Origin: Candidatus Iainarchaeum sp.
GTDB taxonomy: Archaea; Iainarchaeota; Iainarchaeia; Iainarchaeales; VGJJ01
Length of the DNA: 64,000 nucleotides
Assembly: GCA_043803765.1 (NCBI GenBank)
Contig: JAZDJQ010000004.1
Span: forward strand, 14,893 to 78,892
Direction of reading: 5' to 3'
The translations under genes were made by a program, and so were the position numbers. Below, piece after piece: positions 37,101-45,976 of this stretch. The notes beneath the pieces are model-generated. The model searched no databases. It was not told the origin of the DNA and saw nothing but the letters and a program-made list of their open reading frames with translations. Every line of letters starts with the position of its first letter. Within the stretch, counting starts at the first letter, position 1.

Positions 37101-38052
37101 TTTAACGATTGAGGGCGACCACAACTTCATCGCCAACAATATCATCGTACATAATTCCGAAGACCGAAGCGCGATGCACGAAGCAATGGAACAAGGACAA
37201 GTAAGCGTAGCAAAAGCAGGAATCGTAACACGATTCAAAACCGACACGAGCGTTCTAGCGGCCGCCAACCCCAAACTATCACGATTTGACACGTACAAAC
37301 CATTTTTCGAACAAATTGATTTACCCGCATCCCTCATCTCACGATTCGACTTGTTCTTCATGATGCGCGACACATTAGACAGAGGAAGAGATGAGACGAT
37401 TGCCCACCACATTCTCGCCACGCATCGAGCAGGAGAACAACTATTACAATATCAACGAGGAATAAAGCAACGAATATCAAAAGAAGTGGAAGACCTCAAA
37501 CAAAGCGTATTACCCATCATTAATACGGAATTATTACAAAAATACATTTCATACGCACGACAAAAAGTATTCCCCATGCTCACCGAAGAAGCCTCACTAG
37601 CACTGCAAAACTTTTACGTAGGACTGCGAGACCAAGGAAGGCAGGCAGGAAGCTATTCCGCAACCGCACGACAACTCGAAGGACTCGTACGATTAGCGGA
37701 AGCATCCGCACGCGTACGACTAAGCGAGGATGTAACGATTGATGACGCTGAACGCGCCATCCGATTAGTAAGAACATCATTAGAAGATGTGGTAAAAGAC
37801 CCCGAGACGGGAAGAATTGATATTGACATTGTAACAAGCGGACAAACCCAATCCTCACGCGACCACATGCGCGTTATCACCGACATTATCAAGAGCAAGA
37901 GCAAAGAAATGGACAAGGTCCCCATACAAGATGTTATTGCGGAAGCCCTCTCAAGAGGAATTGATGAAGAGAAAGTAAGGGAATTCATCCAAAAATTGAA
38001 AAAAGCAGGAGAAATATACGAACCCAATCACGGGTTCCTAAAAAGCGCATGA
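34147..38052 (+). CDS. mcm: MCM replicative helicase containing one intein (about 715 aa mature)
   Basis: Zn finger, GDPGTGKS Walker A, VDEFDK Walker B, AAANP, SRFD, ATARQLE. Confidence 0.97.
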   Translation: MDGNEYKEARFERPEETEIAFTTGKGEANPFIPKFEEFFSTLEYKKKIEKLAHEYPQERSLIVDFNDLDSFDYQLAEELMEHPDLLMEAAKLAVQKIEVSVLQLDSFTPNVRFRNLPKDKQSLVRDVSAAQLGKLISVEGVIRQVTEVMPKLKNATWRCRRCGNTYLIAQDGHQQRKPVLCSCKNRDFELVPEESRFVDYQKIQIQEPLEMLKGSEQAVNLDVYIEDDFVNKVYPGNRTQITGILRLYPPNKDKKNVYGRYLEAIHLEETEKEFEDIIIEEEEEQKIKELAKDPAIYQMLAQSIAPAIHGHDIVKESIALQLFGGVKKNIPGSTTIRGNVHVLLVGDPGTGKSQLLVAADRIAPKSVYVAGKTSSGVGLTASAVKDDFGEGGWTLKAGALVLASGGMVMVDEFDKMECLTGDSLVCTENGKLAPIQTIFEESKKHGRIETTAKGTSVRDIQNQFVLSMNAQLNIIKRRVVAAHEYPHDGRILQIRLQSGEKINVSPNHPFFTTTDKEVRTIKAGYLQKGSFILVPAALPNEESEDSNTSLARLYGYLAGDGNVTYNPPENYMIRFTNKDPDLLEDFNRCCTDVFSKPTIYPSEIREGGLSSTRVNGQSHVDHIAQHAPGLMEKYSDKYSPNIPFLSEDNAIHYLRGLFDSEGNVDIVHQQVSFSSTSERITMEVKTLLLKLGILSQIQYKKPHEKRRASYSLRITDSESIAKFSAKIGFTSTRKQGALMKFTPSSREHSVLNIIPHIGPLLKDIRTGLGLYQKECGLNAATYHNFESGQANITLKKARKVLEVFKAHHQTNLSPKIQQKIQYFEMLVNGNVLWRKVSEVKEVTHSPAHRISYQQTHQINHLLSTIGFPKIAQKNMKKQIPLIMEKLKTKQSRIHSLFMKIEWKEENIRDAIANESIPHSMIASDLGIHQSTISRWIGRQTTPHTFTPYDTIPILKKHLCKQNEQIKEVIPLLENAIATPKTRIYDLTIEGDHNFIANNIIVHNSEDRSAMHEAMEQGQVSVAKAGIVTRFKTDTSVLAAANPKLSRFDTYKPFFEQIDLPASLISRFDLFFMMRDTLDRGRDETIAHHILATHRAGEQLLQYQRGIKQRISKEVEDLKQSVLPIINTELLQKYISYARQKVFPMLTEEASLALQNFYVGLRDQGRQAGSYSATARQLEGLVRLAEASARVRLSEDVTIDDAERAIRLVRTSLEDVVKDPETGRIDIDIVTSGQTQSSRDHMRVITDIIKSKSKEMDKVPIQDVIAEALSRGIDEEKVREFIQKLKKAGEIYEPNHGFLKSA
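35398..37155 (+). mobile_element. 586-aa intein with LAGLIDADG homing endonuclease in MCM
   Basis: Starts CLTGDS after DEFDKME, ends IIVHN before +1 Ser (SEDRSAMHEAMEQ); YLAGDG and YLRGLFDSEG motifs; NHPF block B. Confidence 0.95.
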
Positions 38053-38104
38053 TTTTTACCCAAAAGAGTGGTTGGATTAAAAGCACCAGCCTCATTCTTC
38101 AAAT

Positions 38105-38941
38105 ATGGAGAAAGATTTACTAATCCAGCTAGCCGGATTTTTCCTCATCGTCAACATCCTGGGATTATGGGTGGGATATAACATTATTCAACAAGACATT
38201 CAACCCACCATTGTAAATGACAATCCGGAAGACCCAATTAATTCATTCGGATTGATTGGATACATGCTAGTTGGAACTATTTTCATCCTACTCGCCATCA
38301 AATTCTTCCCCGATAATGTATTATATTGGGTACTAAAAGCAACGGAAGTGCTCGCATTAGTGATAACGGCATTCATCACATTCTGGGCATTTGTTCCAGA
38401 GGAGTTTGCTATTCTCCTCGCGGTTGCACTCATTACCACCCGCGTCTTTCTACCCCAATACTTAATTTTACGCAATGTTTCATCCATTATCGCAACAGTA
38501 GGAGTGGGAAGCATGCTCGGTTCGAGTATTGGCGTTTTCCCCGTGATTATTTTCCTTGTATTATTAGGAATATATGACTATATCGCAGTATTCAAAACAA
38601 AACACATGGTAACAATGGCAAAAGCAGTAGCAAAAAAGAATTTGAGTTTTACATTCGCACTCCCAACAAAAAAACACCAATTTGAATTAGGAACAGGAGA
38701 TTTAGTCATGCCCCTCGTTTTCAGCGTAAGCGTGCTGAATGATTCCATCATGAGAGGACTACTATGGCCGTATGCAACACTGCCCTCATTACTCATCCTT
38801 ATTGCATCCTTCATTGGACTAGCATTCACCATGGATTATGGAAGCAAAAATATAGGAAAAGCCCTTCCCGCACTCCCACTCCAAGTGGGATTAATGATTC
38901 TAACCTATGGAGCAATTTCAGTATCGGGCATATTCCCATAA
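38105..38941 (+). CDS. Presenilin/SPP-like GxGD intramembrane aspartyl protease
   Basis: YDYIAVFKTKHM, LGTGD, PALP. Confidence 0.92.
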   Translation: MEKDLLIQLAGFFLIVNILGLWVGYNIIQQDIQPTIVNDNPEDPINSFGLIGYMLVGTIFILLAIKFFPDNVLYWVLKATEVLALVITAFITFWAFVPEEFAILLAVALITTRVFLPQYLILRNVSSIIATVGVGSMLGSSIGVFPVIIFLVLLGIYDYIAVFKTKHMVTMAKAVAKKNLSFTFALPTKKHQFELGTGDLVMPLVFSVSVLNDSIMRGLLWPYATLPSLLILIASFIGLAFTMDYGSKNIGKALPALPLQVGLMILTYGAISVSGIFP

Positions 38942-38966
38942 AAGAGAGACCGCTTCATTATCTAGA

Positions 38967-39467
38967 ATGACATTACCTTCCACACGATTTGTTTTTTCAA
39001 TCGGACTCTATCCTAAAACTCCGTTTGAAGGAAACATGGTGTGGGTGCATGGAATAGTTGAAGACATACGAAACAAAGTAGGAGAAACTATTTTCCATGT
39101 AAAAGATGAAAAAGGAAAATGGAGTGCGTATGGTGATGCAGTTGAAACAATCAAAATAGGAGATCGAGTACGCGCATACGGAATGATTGTCAACCAACCC
39201 GATGGAAACATGCTATTAGCCGCAAAATGGGTAAAAAAAATAGAAAAAGAAGAATACGCGTTTTGTGAGAAACAAACGCACGCAGCATGGGAAAATATCC
39301 TCAAACAGTATCACGAAATAATACAACTTGTTCCATTTGTTCCACCAATTTCCAGAAAAAACAATATCGAAAAAACCCCCCTTGCAAACACGCCTGAAAA
39401 AAAAGAAAGAGAAGAAAACGATTTTATCCCAGCAACTGAACTAAAAGTAGAACAGGATTACCTCTAA
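38967..39467 (+). CDS. OB-fold protein, RPA32-like
   Basis: VWVHGIVED..IFHVKDEKG..IKIGDRVRAYG OB pattern. Confidence 0.55.
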   Translation: MTLPSTRFVFSIGLYPKTPFEGNMVWVHGIVEDIRNKVGETIFHVKDEKGKWSAYGDAVETIKIGDRVRAYGMIVNQPDGNMLLAAKWVKKIEKEEYAFCEKQTHAAWENILKQYHEIIQLVPFVPPISRKNNIEKTPLANTPEKKEREENDFIPATELKVEQDYL

Positions 39468-39517
39468 CGACGGCAAAGATTATAGATACTTATAAAAACG
39501 ATAAACCTGCACATGAA

Positions 39518-39769
39518 GTGTCTATGGATCTTATTTCACTAAAACAGGTCCCGATCGATGTCAAGAGGGAGTTGCTTAAGGAACTTGGATTTGGGGTCGA
39601 TGGCAGTCTCTTTGTCATAGATGAGAATGGACAAAGGATCATTGACAAGTACATAGACAAACCCGTTAACATCAGCAATATGCTTGTTCTCCACGGAAGC
39701 ACGCTTATACTGGATGATAACCCATTGAGCCTCACAGCATACCTTGAGGAGTATGGGGATGTCATCTGA
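39518..39769 (+). CDS. Hypothetical 83-aa protein
   Basis: TATA-like TTATAAAA upstream; overlaps next gene. Confidence 0.6.
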   Translation: MSMDLISLKQVPIDVKRELLKELGFGVDGSLFVIDENGQRIIDKYIDKPVNISNMLVLHGSTLILDDNPLSLTAYLEEYGDVI

Positions 39770-40451
39770 AATACCAACCCCTGAAGAATGTACTAGAGCT
39801 GCTGCTGAAGGGGCTACCAAGGCAACGTTGGAGTTCACTGCAGACAAAGTAAAATCGTTCGTCCAGCGATTCAGAAACAGGGAATTGGCATTCATTGGCA
39901 AATTGGAAGACATTGAATTGGTAAAAGAGCAGCGAAATAGTGCGGAGTGGAAAAGATACACTAAACTCGTAAAGAATAAGGAGTTTCGCATCCTCATCCA
40001 AATGGGTATCACGTTGAGAAAACTGGAAAACAATAAAGACAGGTTAATCAGTTTACGCAATTCGATTGTACGAAAATATGGACCCCGAGGTCTGCACATC
40101 GCCCAATTCATCCAGAACAGAATAATCGGCAAATATATGGACTCTGTTTTATCATCCGCAATGAGTGAAGAAGAGCTTGGAAAAATGCTTGAGGAGTTTT
40201 TAGGAAATCTGGAACGTCTATGTGTCTATATCAAAGCAGAGGACGATGCGGAATATAAGGTGAAAGAGATCAGTACAAGAATATTCAGTATGGTTCCGGA
40301 AGTATTCATCATCTACGGTGCCGGAGAAGCACGGGAAACACTCGACCTGGTGCAGAAAAGATTGCTCACCCTTCTCCTCGACTACACATCTGAAGAATAT
40401 AGCGACAAAGAGAGAAAGATCGTATTTTTTAATCGAAACCCCCCAACTTAG
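39759..40451 (+). CDS. Hypothetical helical protein
   Basis: GAGGAG RBS before ATG 39759; about 230-aa ORF. Confidence 0.65.
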   Translation: MSSEIPTPEECTRAAAEGATKATLEFTADKVKSFVQRFRNRELAFIGKLEDIELVKEQRNSAEWKRYTKLVKNKEFRILIQMGITLRKLENNKDRLISLRNSIVRKYGPRGLHIAQFIQNRIIGKYMDSVLSSAMSEEELGKMLEEFLGNLERLCVYIKAEDDAEYKVKEISTRIFSMVPEVFIIYGAGEARETLDLVQKRLLTLLLDYTSEEYSDKERKIVFFNRNPPT

Positions 40452-40500
40452 AATGACTGAAATAATCCTTATTATAAGCCTTTTTAGATAAGTTGAGCGT

Positions 40501-40911
40501 ATGGATCTAACCTATGAACAGATGCTCGACCGCGCATACGCCCAACTGCCTAAGCGCTCGCTCGACAAAGAACGATTCGAGTTCCCTCCAGTAGACAGCT
40601 TTATCCAAGGACCTAAAACATTCGTGAAAAACTTTGTGCAATTATGCAAAGTTATGCGACGCGAGGATCCAAAAGACTTGATTAAGTTTCTAACGAAAGA
40701 GAGTGCATCTCCTGTAAAACCAGAAGGAGACCGACTCGTGCTGGGAGGAAAATTCCCAATGAAACAAGTGAACGACTGGTTCGTACGATTCTTGGAAGAA
40801 TATGTCATCTGCGGAACATGCGGAAAACCGGACACGCATTACGTTGAACACAATGGGGTAAGACAATTGAAATGCGAAGCATGCGGCGCCATCTCCCCAA
40901 TTCGGAGATGA
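40501..40911 (+). CDS. eif2B: Translation initiation factor aIF2 beta
   Basis: YEQMLDRAY, ERFEFP, YVICGTCGKPDT..CEACGA. Confidence 0.95.
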   Translation: MDLTYEQMLDRAYAQLPKRSLDKERFEFPPVDSFIQGPKTFVKNFVQLCKVMRREDPKDLIKFLTKESASPVKPEGDRLVLGGKFPMKQVNDWFVRFLEEYVICGTCGKPDTHYVEHNGVRQLKCEACGAISPIRR

Positions 40912-40917
40912 AAATAA

Positions 40918-41232
40918 ATGCCAAGTAATGGAATTTGGCACAGAATTCACACACATGAAAAACAACACGTGCTGGCAGCAGCAGATGAAGAAATAGTAGG
41001 AAAGACTCTCCGCGAAGGAAAAATAGTATTCCATGTGAGCAAAGAATTCTACGCAAAAAAGGCCATCACCATGAAAAAACTAAAAGAACTATTAGAGGAA
41101 TACGATAACATCAACCTAGTAGGAGAACGATGCATCCACGCCGCACGGGAAAAAGGAATCATCGAAAAAGAAGGGGGAATCATTCTTCTATCCGGGGTGC
41201 CCCACGCACAGGTCTATAAATTAAACCCATAA
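40918..41232 (+). CDS. DUF424 family protein
   Basis: LAAADEEIVGK..EFY..INLVGERCI..GVPHAQ. Confidence 0.8.
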   Translation: MPSNGIWHRIHTHEKQHVLAAADEEIVGKTLREGKIVFHVSKEFYAKKAITMKKLKELLEEYDNINLVGERCIHAAREKGIIEKEGGIILLSGVPHAQVYKLNP

Positions 41233-41245
41233 TGAGGATATCTGA

Positions 41246-41563
41246 ATGGTAGAAGAAAACACGAATGAACAGGAAACCCAATACCGGCTACGCTTACCCT
41301 TCCGCGAGCACGGAGAAATGTTTGGGATTATCACCAAAATGCACGGAACGAATCAAGTAGCGGTGATGTGCGAAGATGGAAAAGACCGGATGTGCCGTAT
41401 TCCAGGAAAACTAAAAAAAAGAGTATGGATGAGAGAAGGAGACGTGGTGATTATACGATTATGGGAATTTCAACCAATCAAAGCAGATGTCGTATGGCGC
41501 TATCTACCCATCCAAACAGAAAAATTAAGACGACAAGGACTACTGGAAAAACTGTCCATCTAA
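41246..41563 (+). CDS. eif1A: Translation initiation factor aIF1A
   Basis: RLP..EMFG..CEDGKDRMCRIPGKLKKRVWMREGDVVI. Confidence 0.95.
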   Translation: MVEENTNEQETQYRLRLPFREHGEMFGIITKMHGTNQVAVMCEDGKDRMCRIPGKLKKRVWMREGDVVIIRLWEFQPIKADVVWRYLPIQTEKLRRQGLLEKLSI

Positions 41564-41690
41564 TTATAGCAAAAAGCCTAATTATTTGAACATTTGATGG
41601 GCTTTTTGCATCTAGCAAACCGTCCGGAAAAAGGTCAAAAATCAAAACGGTTTGCTATATTAAGGAAAAGACGCTCAACGGAAGCAACGT

Positions 41691-42455
41691 ATGATTCCAA
41701 GAGAATATGATTATTCAAAACTTTTTCCGGAAGAAGATTTGCGGAAAACATTCCAAAAAATATTCGACCAAAATGTTATCCGAGTCATTCACGGAATGGC
41801 ATCACAAGGACACATCGACCACTTAGAATACACAATTGCAACAGGAAAAGAAGCCCATGTTTTTAGAGCAGTTGATATAGCAGGACATTTCCGAGCAGTA
41901 AAAATATACAAATTAGAAACAAGCGACTTCAAAAGAATGGAAGATTATTTACGATTCGAACCACGATTCCAAAAAGTACGAAATGACCGAAGACAAATCG
42001 TTTTTGCATGGACACAAAAAGAATTCTCCTCACTACAAAAACTACGAAACAAAAACGTCCCCGTTCCCATGCCCCTTGCGGCAAAAGAAAACGTATTAGT
42101 GATGGAATTCATTGGAGAAAAAGGAAAAGCATCCCCCCAATTGAAAGACGCGCAAGTAAAAAACAAAAAAGCATTTTACGAAAAAACATGCGATGCCATC
42201 GCCAAAATGCTGGACGCCCAACTTATTCATGGGGATCTAAGCGAGTACAATATTCTAGTAAAAAAGGACAAACCTGTTATCATCGACTGCGGACAAGTCA
42301 TTCCTACTATCCATCCAAACGCCAAAATGTATTACGAAAGGGATTTGAAAAACATGCTCAAAGTCTTTCATCGAGAAGGAATGAAAGAATTAACCTATGA
42401 AAAGCTGTATGAGGATGTGAAAAAGAAAGTGAAAAGGAAAAATGGAGGAGAATAG
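41691..42455 (+). CDS. rio1: RIO1 family serine kinase
   Basis: ATGKEAHVF, AVKIYK, WTQKEF, IHGDLSEYNIL, IIDCGQ. Confidence 0.95.
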   Translation: MIPREYDYSKLFPEEDLRKTFQKIFDQNVIRVIHGMASQGHIDHLEYTIATGKEAHVFRAVDIAGHFRAVKIYKLETSDFKRMEDYLRFEPRFQKVRNDRRQIVFAWTQKEFSSLQKLRNKNVPVPMPLAAKENVLVMEFIGEKGKASPQLKDAQVKNKKAFYEKTCDAIAKMLDAQLIHGDLSEYNILVKKDKPVIIDCGQVIPTIHPNAKMYYERDLKNMLKVFHREGMKELTYEKLYEDVKKKVKRKNGGE

Positions 42456-42551
42456 TGTTTTCCGCTGAAAAGAAGGAGACACCCTTTTAACCCATTCGAA
42501 CCCATTTTTAGTAGAAAACAGCCCGCAAAAGGGCGTGGAGCACCTCCCAGT

Positions 42552-43091
42552 ATGCACACCAGTATTGACGAATTCTCCATACCCAAAGAAAGGGTTGCCG
42601 TGATTATTGGACCCAATGGGAAGACCAAAAAAGCAATTGAAACAAAAACAGGAACCAAAATACACATCGATAGCAAGAATGGAGACGTGACGATTGAAGC
42701 AGAGGACGCAGCCAAAACACTCAAAGCAAGCAACATGGTACGGGCAATAGGAAGAGGTTTTTCACCCGAACATGCCATGAAACTGCTTGATGATGAATAC
42801 TATTTGGAATTCATTCACTTAACCGAACTATTAGGAAAAAACTGGAAGCAGATTCAAAGCAAAAAAGGACGAGTCATTGGAAAAGACGGGAGCATACGAG
42901 AAAAGATTGAAGTAGACACGAAGACGCATATTTCAGTATATGGAAAAACAATTGGGATTATAGGAAAGGCGGAAGGGGTGGAAAAAGCAAAGGAAGCAGT
43001 CACCATGCTCATAAAAGGAGCCGAGCATGCCAGCGTATTAAATTACTTACGGCAATCCCATACCCAAGAGGAAGAGTTCGAATTCAGGTGA
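42552..43091 (+). CDS. KH-domain rRNA processing protein Dim2/Pno1
   Basis: VIIGPNG, RAIGRGFSPE, GRVIGKDG. Confidence 0.92.
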   Translation: MHTSIDEFSIPKERVAVIIGPNGKTKKAIETKTGTKIHIDSKNGDVTIEAEDAAKTLKASNMVRAIGRGFSPEHAMKLLDDEYYLEFIHLTELLGKNWKQIQSKKGRVIGKDGSIREKIEVDTKTHISVYGKTIGIIGKAEGVEKAKEAVTMLIKGAEHASVLNYLRQSHTQEEEFEFR

Positions 43092-43097
43092 AACGTT

Positions 43098-44831
43098 ATG
43101 ACGAAAACAAACGGGGTGCGTGAAAAGGAAATAGAAGATGACGAAGAAGACGTTACGGCTGACAGCCTAGCAAAAGAATTCAGGGAACATTCAGTAGCAG
43201 AATTCTTTAAAAAAAACAAACAAATGCTGGGATTAAGCGGAAAAACAAAAGCCCTCACCACGATTGTCCACGAATACGTGACCAATTCACTCGATGCATG
43301 CGAGAATGCAGACGTATTGCCTGATATTGATGTAGAAATCAAAGAATTGGGAAGCGAATATTATGAAGTCACCAGCATGGACAATGGACCCGGACTAACC
43401 GAAGAAACAGTAGGAAAAGCATTTGGACAATTGCTAGCGGGAACAAAATTCCACCGCCTCATGCAAATGCGCGGACAACAAGGAATCGGGGCAGCAGGAT
43501 GCACCATGCTATCCCAAATGACCACCGGAAAGGAAGCAAAGGTAATTACAGGAAACACAAATGAAGTATTTTCGTGCGACGTGAGCATCGACACAAAGCA
43601 TAACCAGCCGAAAGTAACCAACGTACAAAAACTAAACAGAAAATTCAAAGGAACCATCGTCAAAGCACAATTCAAAGAAATGAAATACGTGAACAACGAA
43701 CAAGGACCATTAGAATACCTACGAAGAACAGCCATTGCCAACCCCCACGCCAAAATAACATTTACGGACCCAGCAGGACAAACAATAATATTCGAACGAA
43801 CAATCAAAAAAATACCCGAACGACCGGAAGAAGTACAACCCCACCCGCGCGGGGTTACGGTAGATGAACTGCTCAACATGGCTAAGGCAACGGGAACAAA
43901 AAAAACAAACTCATTCCTCAAAGCCGAACTAGACAGAATGGGAGATACCGCAATTAAGGAAATCGAAAAACAAGTATCGTTTGATTTAAACAAGGACCCG
44001 CATCAGTTATCATGGAAAGAAATTGAAGAACTCGTCAAAGCATTCAAAAGCGTCAACTTCATTGCCCCACGAACTGACGTGTTGCGGCCAATTGGAGAAG
44101 AACAAATAGACAAATCACTACGCAGTATTGTGGAACCGGAATTCTTATCCGTGGTTACACGAAAACCGACAGTACGAGAAGGAGGATTCCCATTCCAAGT
44201 AGAGGCAGCAGTAGCCTATGGAGGAAACGCCGGACGAAGAGTAAATGAAGAAATGAGAATGGAAGCCATGCGCTTCGCCAACCGCGTACCACTATTATTC
44301 GATACAGGAGGATGCGGAATTACCGAAGCAATTAAAACAATTGATTGGAAAAGATACGGCATTAGGGAAGCGGAAACATCTCCCCTCACCATTTTTGTCA
44401 ACCTTATATCGGTACATATTCCATACACCGGAGCAGGAAAACAAGCCGTTTCAAACGAAACCGAAATCGTAGAAGAAATCAGACTAGCATTAATGGATGC
44501 GGGAAGGAGAACAGCACGATACATTATTGGAAAAGAAAGAGAAAAATTGAAACAAGAAAAGAAACGAATTTACATGAAATACGCAGTCGAAGTGGCTATT
44601 GCATTAGGAGAATTAACCGAACAACCACCCAAACCCATTGAACACAAACTACTTGATACGGTAGCCAAACGATTAAAGTTAGATGATGAACAGGAAAAGA
44701 AAATGGAAGAACAAAGCGACGAAGACTTGGAAGAAGAAATCAAACGACTGGAAAAAAAAGGTGAAAAAACAAAAGAGAAAAAAGAAAAGAAAGGAAAAAA
44801 TGATGAAAATGAAGAAACAGGTGACGAATAA
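43098..44831 (+). CDS. top6B: DNA topoisomerase VI subunit B
   Basis: SVAEFFKKN, HEYVTNSLDA, DNGPG, RGQQGIG, RFANRVPL. Confidence 0.97.
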   Translation: MTKTNGVREKEIEDDEEDVTADSLAKEFREHSVAEFFKKNKQMLGLSGKTKALTTIVHEYVTNSLDACENADVLPDIDVEIKELGSEYYEVTSMDNGPGLTEETVGKAFGQLLAGTKFHRLMQMRGQQGIGAAGCTMLSQMTTGKEAKVITGNTNEVFSCDVSIDTKHNQPKVTNVQKLNRKFKGTIVKAQFKEMKYVNNEQGPLEYLRRTAIANPHAKITFTDPAGQTIIFERTIKKIPERPEEVQPHPRGVTVDELLNMAKATGTKKTNSFLKAELDRMGDTAIKEIEKQVSFDLNKDPHQLSWKEIEELVKAFKSVNFIAPRTDVLRPIGEEQIDKSLRSIVEPEFLSVVTRKPTVREGGFPFQVEAAVAYGGNAGRRVNEEMRMEAMRFANRVPLLFDTGGCGITEAIKTIDWKRYGIREAETSPLTIFVNLISVHIPYTGAGKQAVSNETEIVEEIRLALMDAGRRTARYIIGKEREKLKQEKKRIYMKYAVEVAIALGELTEQPPKPIEHKLLDTVAKRLKLDDEQEKKMEEQSDEDLEEEIKRLEKKGEKTKEKKEKKGKNDENEETGDE

Positions 44832-45934
44832 TGGTAGACACAAAAACAAAAGATAAAGAAGTCATCAAAAAGCTCGAAACGATGGGAAAACAACTCGTAA
44901 AACAAATCAATCAAGGAGACAATCCCACGATTGAACTGCCGGTGCGCTCGCTTGGAAACATATACTACGATCAAAAATCACGCACCATTAAATTAGGGGA
45001 CAAAATGTCCGAAAGACAATTCCTCAACATTGCCCACACACGCAAATTTATGCAAACCGCATTGGTTGCGAATGAAATAAAAAAAGTAATCCACGAAAAT
45101 GCCACCGTATCCATCCGTGACCTCTATTATGCACTAAAACATACTATCGAAGGAACACAAGAAAACACATTTGAGGACCAGGGCGAGAGCGACCCCCTCA
45201 TTGAAGACCTAGAAGCAAGCCTCAACCTGCTACGAGAAGAACTGCACCTCGCAGCATCCGCAAAAGGAATCATCGCGGGAAACATGGTTGTAAAGGATGG
45301 AAATGACATTATTGACTTGCAAAAAATGGGGAGCGGAGGGTGGTCCGTTCCCTCCAATGTGGAAGAAGATAGGATTGAAATCAAAAAAATTGATGCATCG
45401 TATGTATTATTCATCGAAAAAGATGCCGTATGGAGACGATTCAATGAAGACAAATTCTGGGAGAAAAATGACTGCATCATTATCACGGGAAGGGGACAGG
45501 CCGCACGAGGAGAAAGACGATTAGTGCAACGATTAAACAAGGAACATGGACTCCCTATCTACTCATTAATGGATGCCGATCCATGGGGAATGTACATCTA
45601 CTCGGTTATCAAGCAGGGAAGCATCTCCCTCTCATACTCGGAAGAAAAACTCGCAACGCCAGAAACAAAATACATCGGATTAAGCGTAGGAGACGTTGAA
45701 AAGTTCAAAATACCAAAAGAGGTCACCATCAAACTAAACCAATTAGACCTCAAAAGACTATCTGAATTACAAAACTATGAATGGTTCAAACACAAAAAAT
45801 GGCAACAAGAATTCCAGCTCATGAAAGACAAAAACATCAAAATGGAACTTGAAGCCCTATCCAAAAAAGGAATACGATTCATCACGCAAGAATACTTGCC
45901 CAAAAAAATCAAAGACGAAGACTTTTTACCGTGA
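44831..45934 (+). CDS. top6A: DNA topoisomerase VI subunit A
   Basis: SIRDLYY, IEKDA, TGRGQ, MDADPWG, ELEAL. Confidence 0.97.
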   Translation: MVDTKTKDKEVIKKLETMGKQLVKQINQGDNPTIELPVRSLGNIYYDQKSRTIKLGDKMSERQFLNIAHTRKFMQTALVANEIKKVIHENATVSIRDLYYALKHTIEGTQENTFEDQGESDPLIEDLEASLNLLREELHLAASAKGIIAGNMVVKDGNDIIDLQKMGSGGWSVPSNVEEDRIEIKKIDASYVLFIEKDAVWRRFNEDKFWEKNDCIIITGRGQAARGERRLVQRLNKEHGLPIYSLMDADPWGMYIYSVIKQGSISLSYSEEKLATPETKYIGLSVGDVEKFKIPKEVTIKLNQLDLKRLSELQNYEWFKHKKWQQEFQLMKDKNIKMELEALSKKGIRFITQEYLPKKIKDEDFLP

Positions 45935-45976
45935 AGCAGGAAATAGCTTTTTAATAGCCAAAATTATGAATGGGGC

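Noticed and set aside
34362-37858. Multiple 80-200 aa antisense ORFs within mcm (likewise within top6B, acdA and the S-layer gene)
   Set aside because: Shadow ORFs arising from codon bias of the real genes; no motifs
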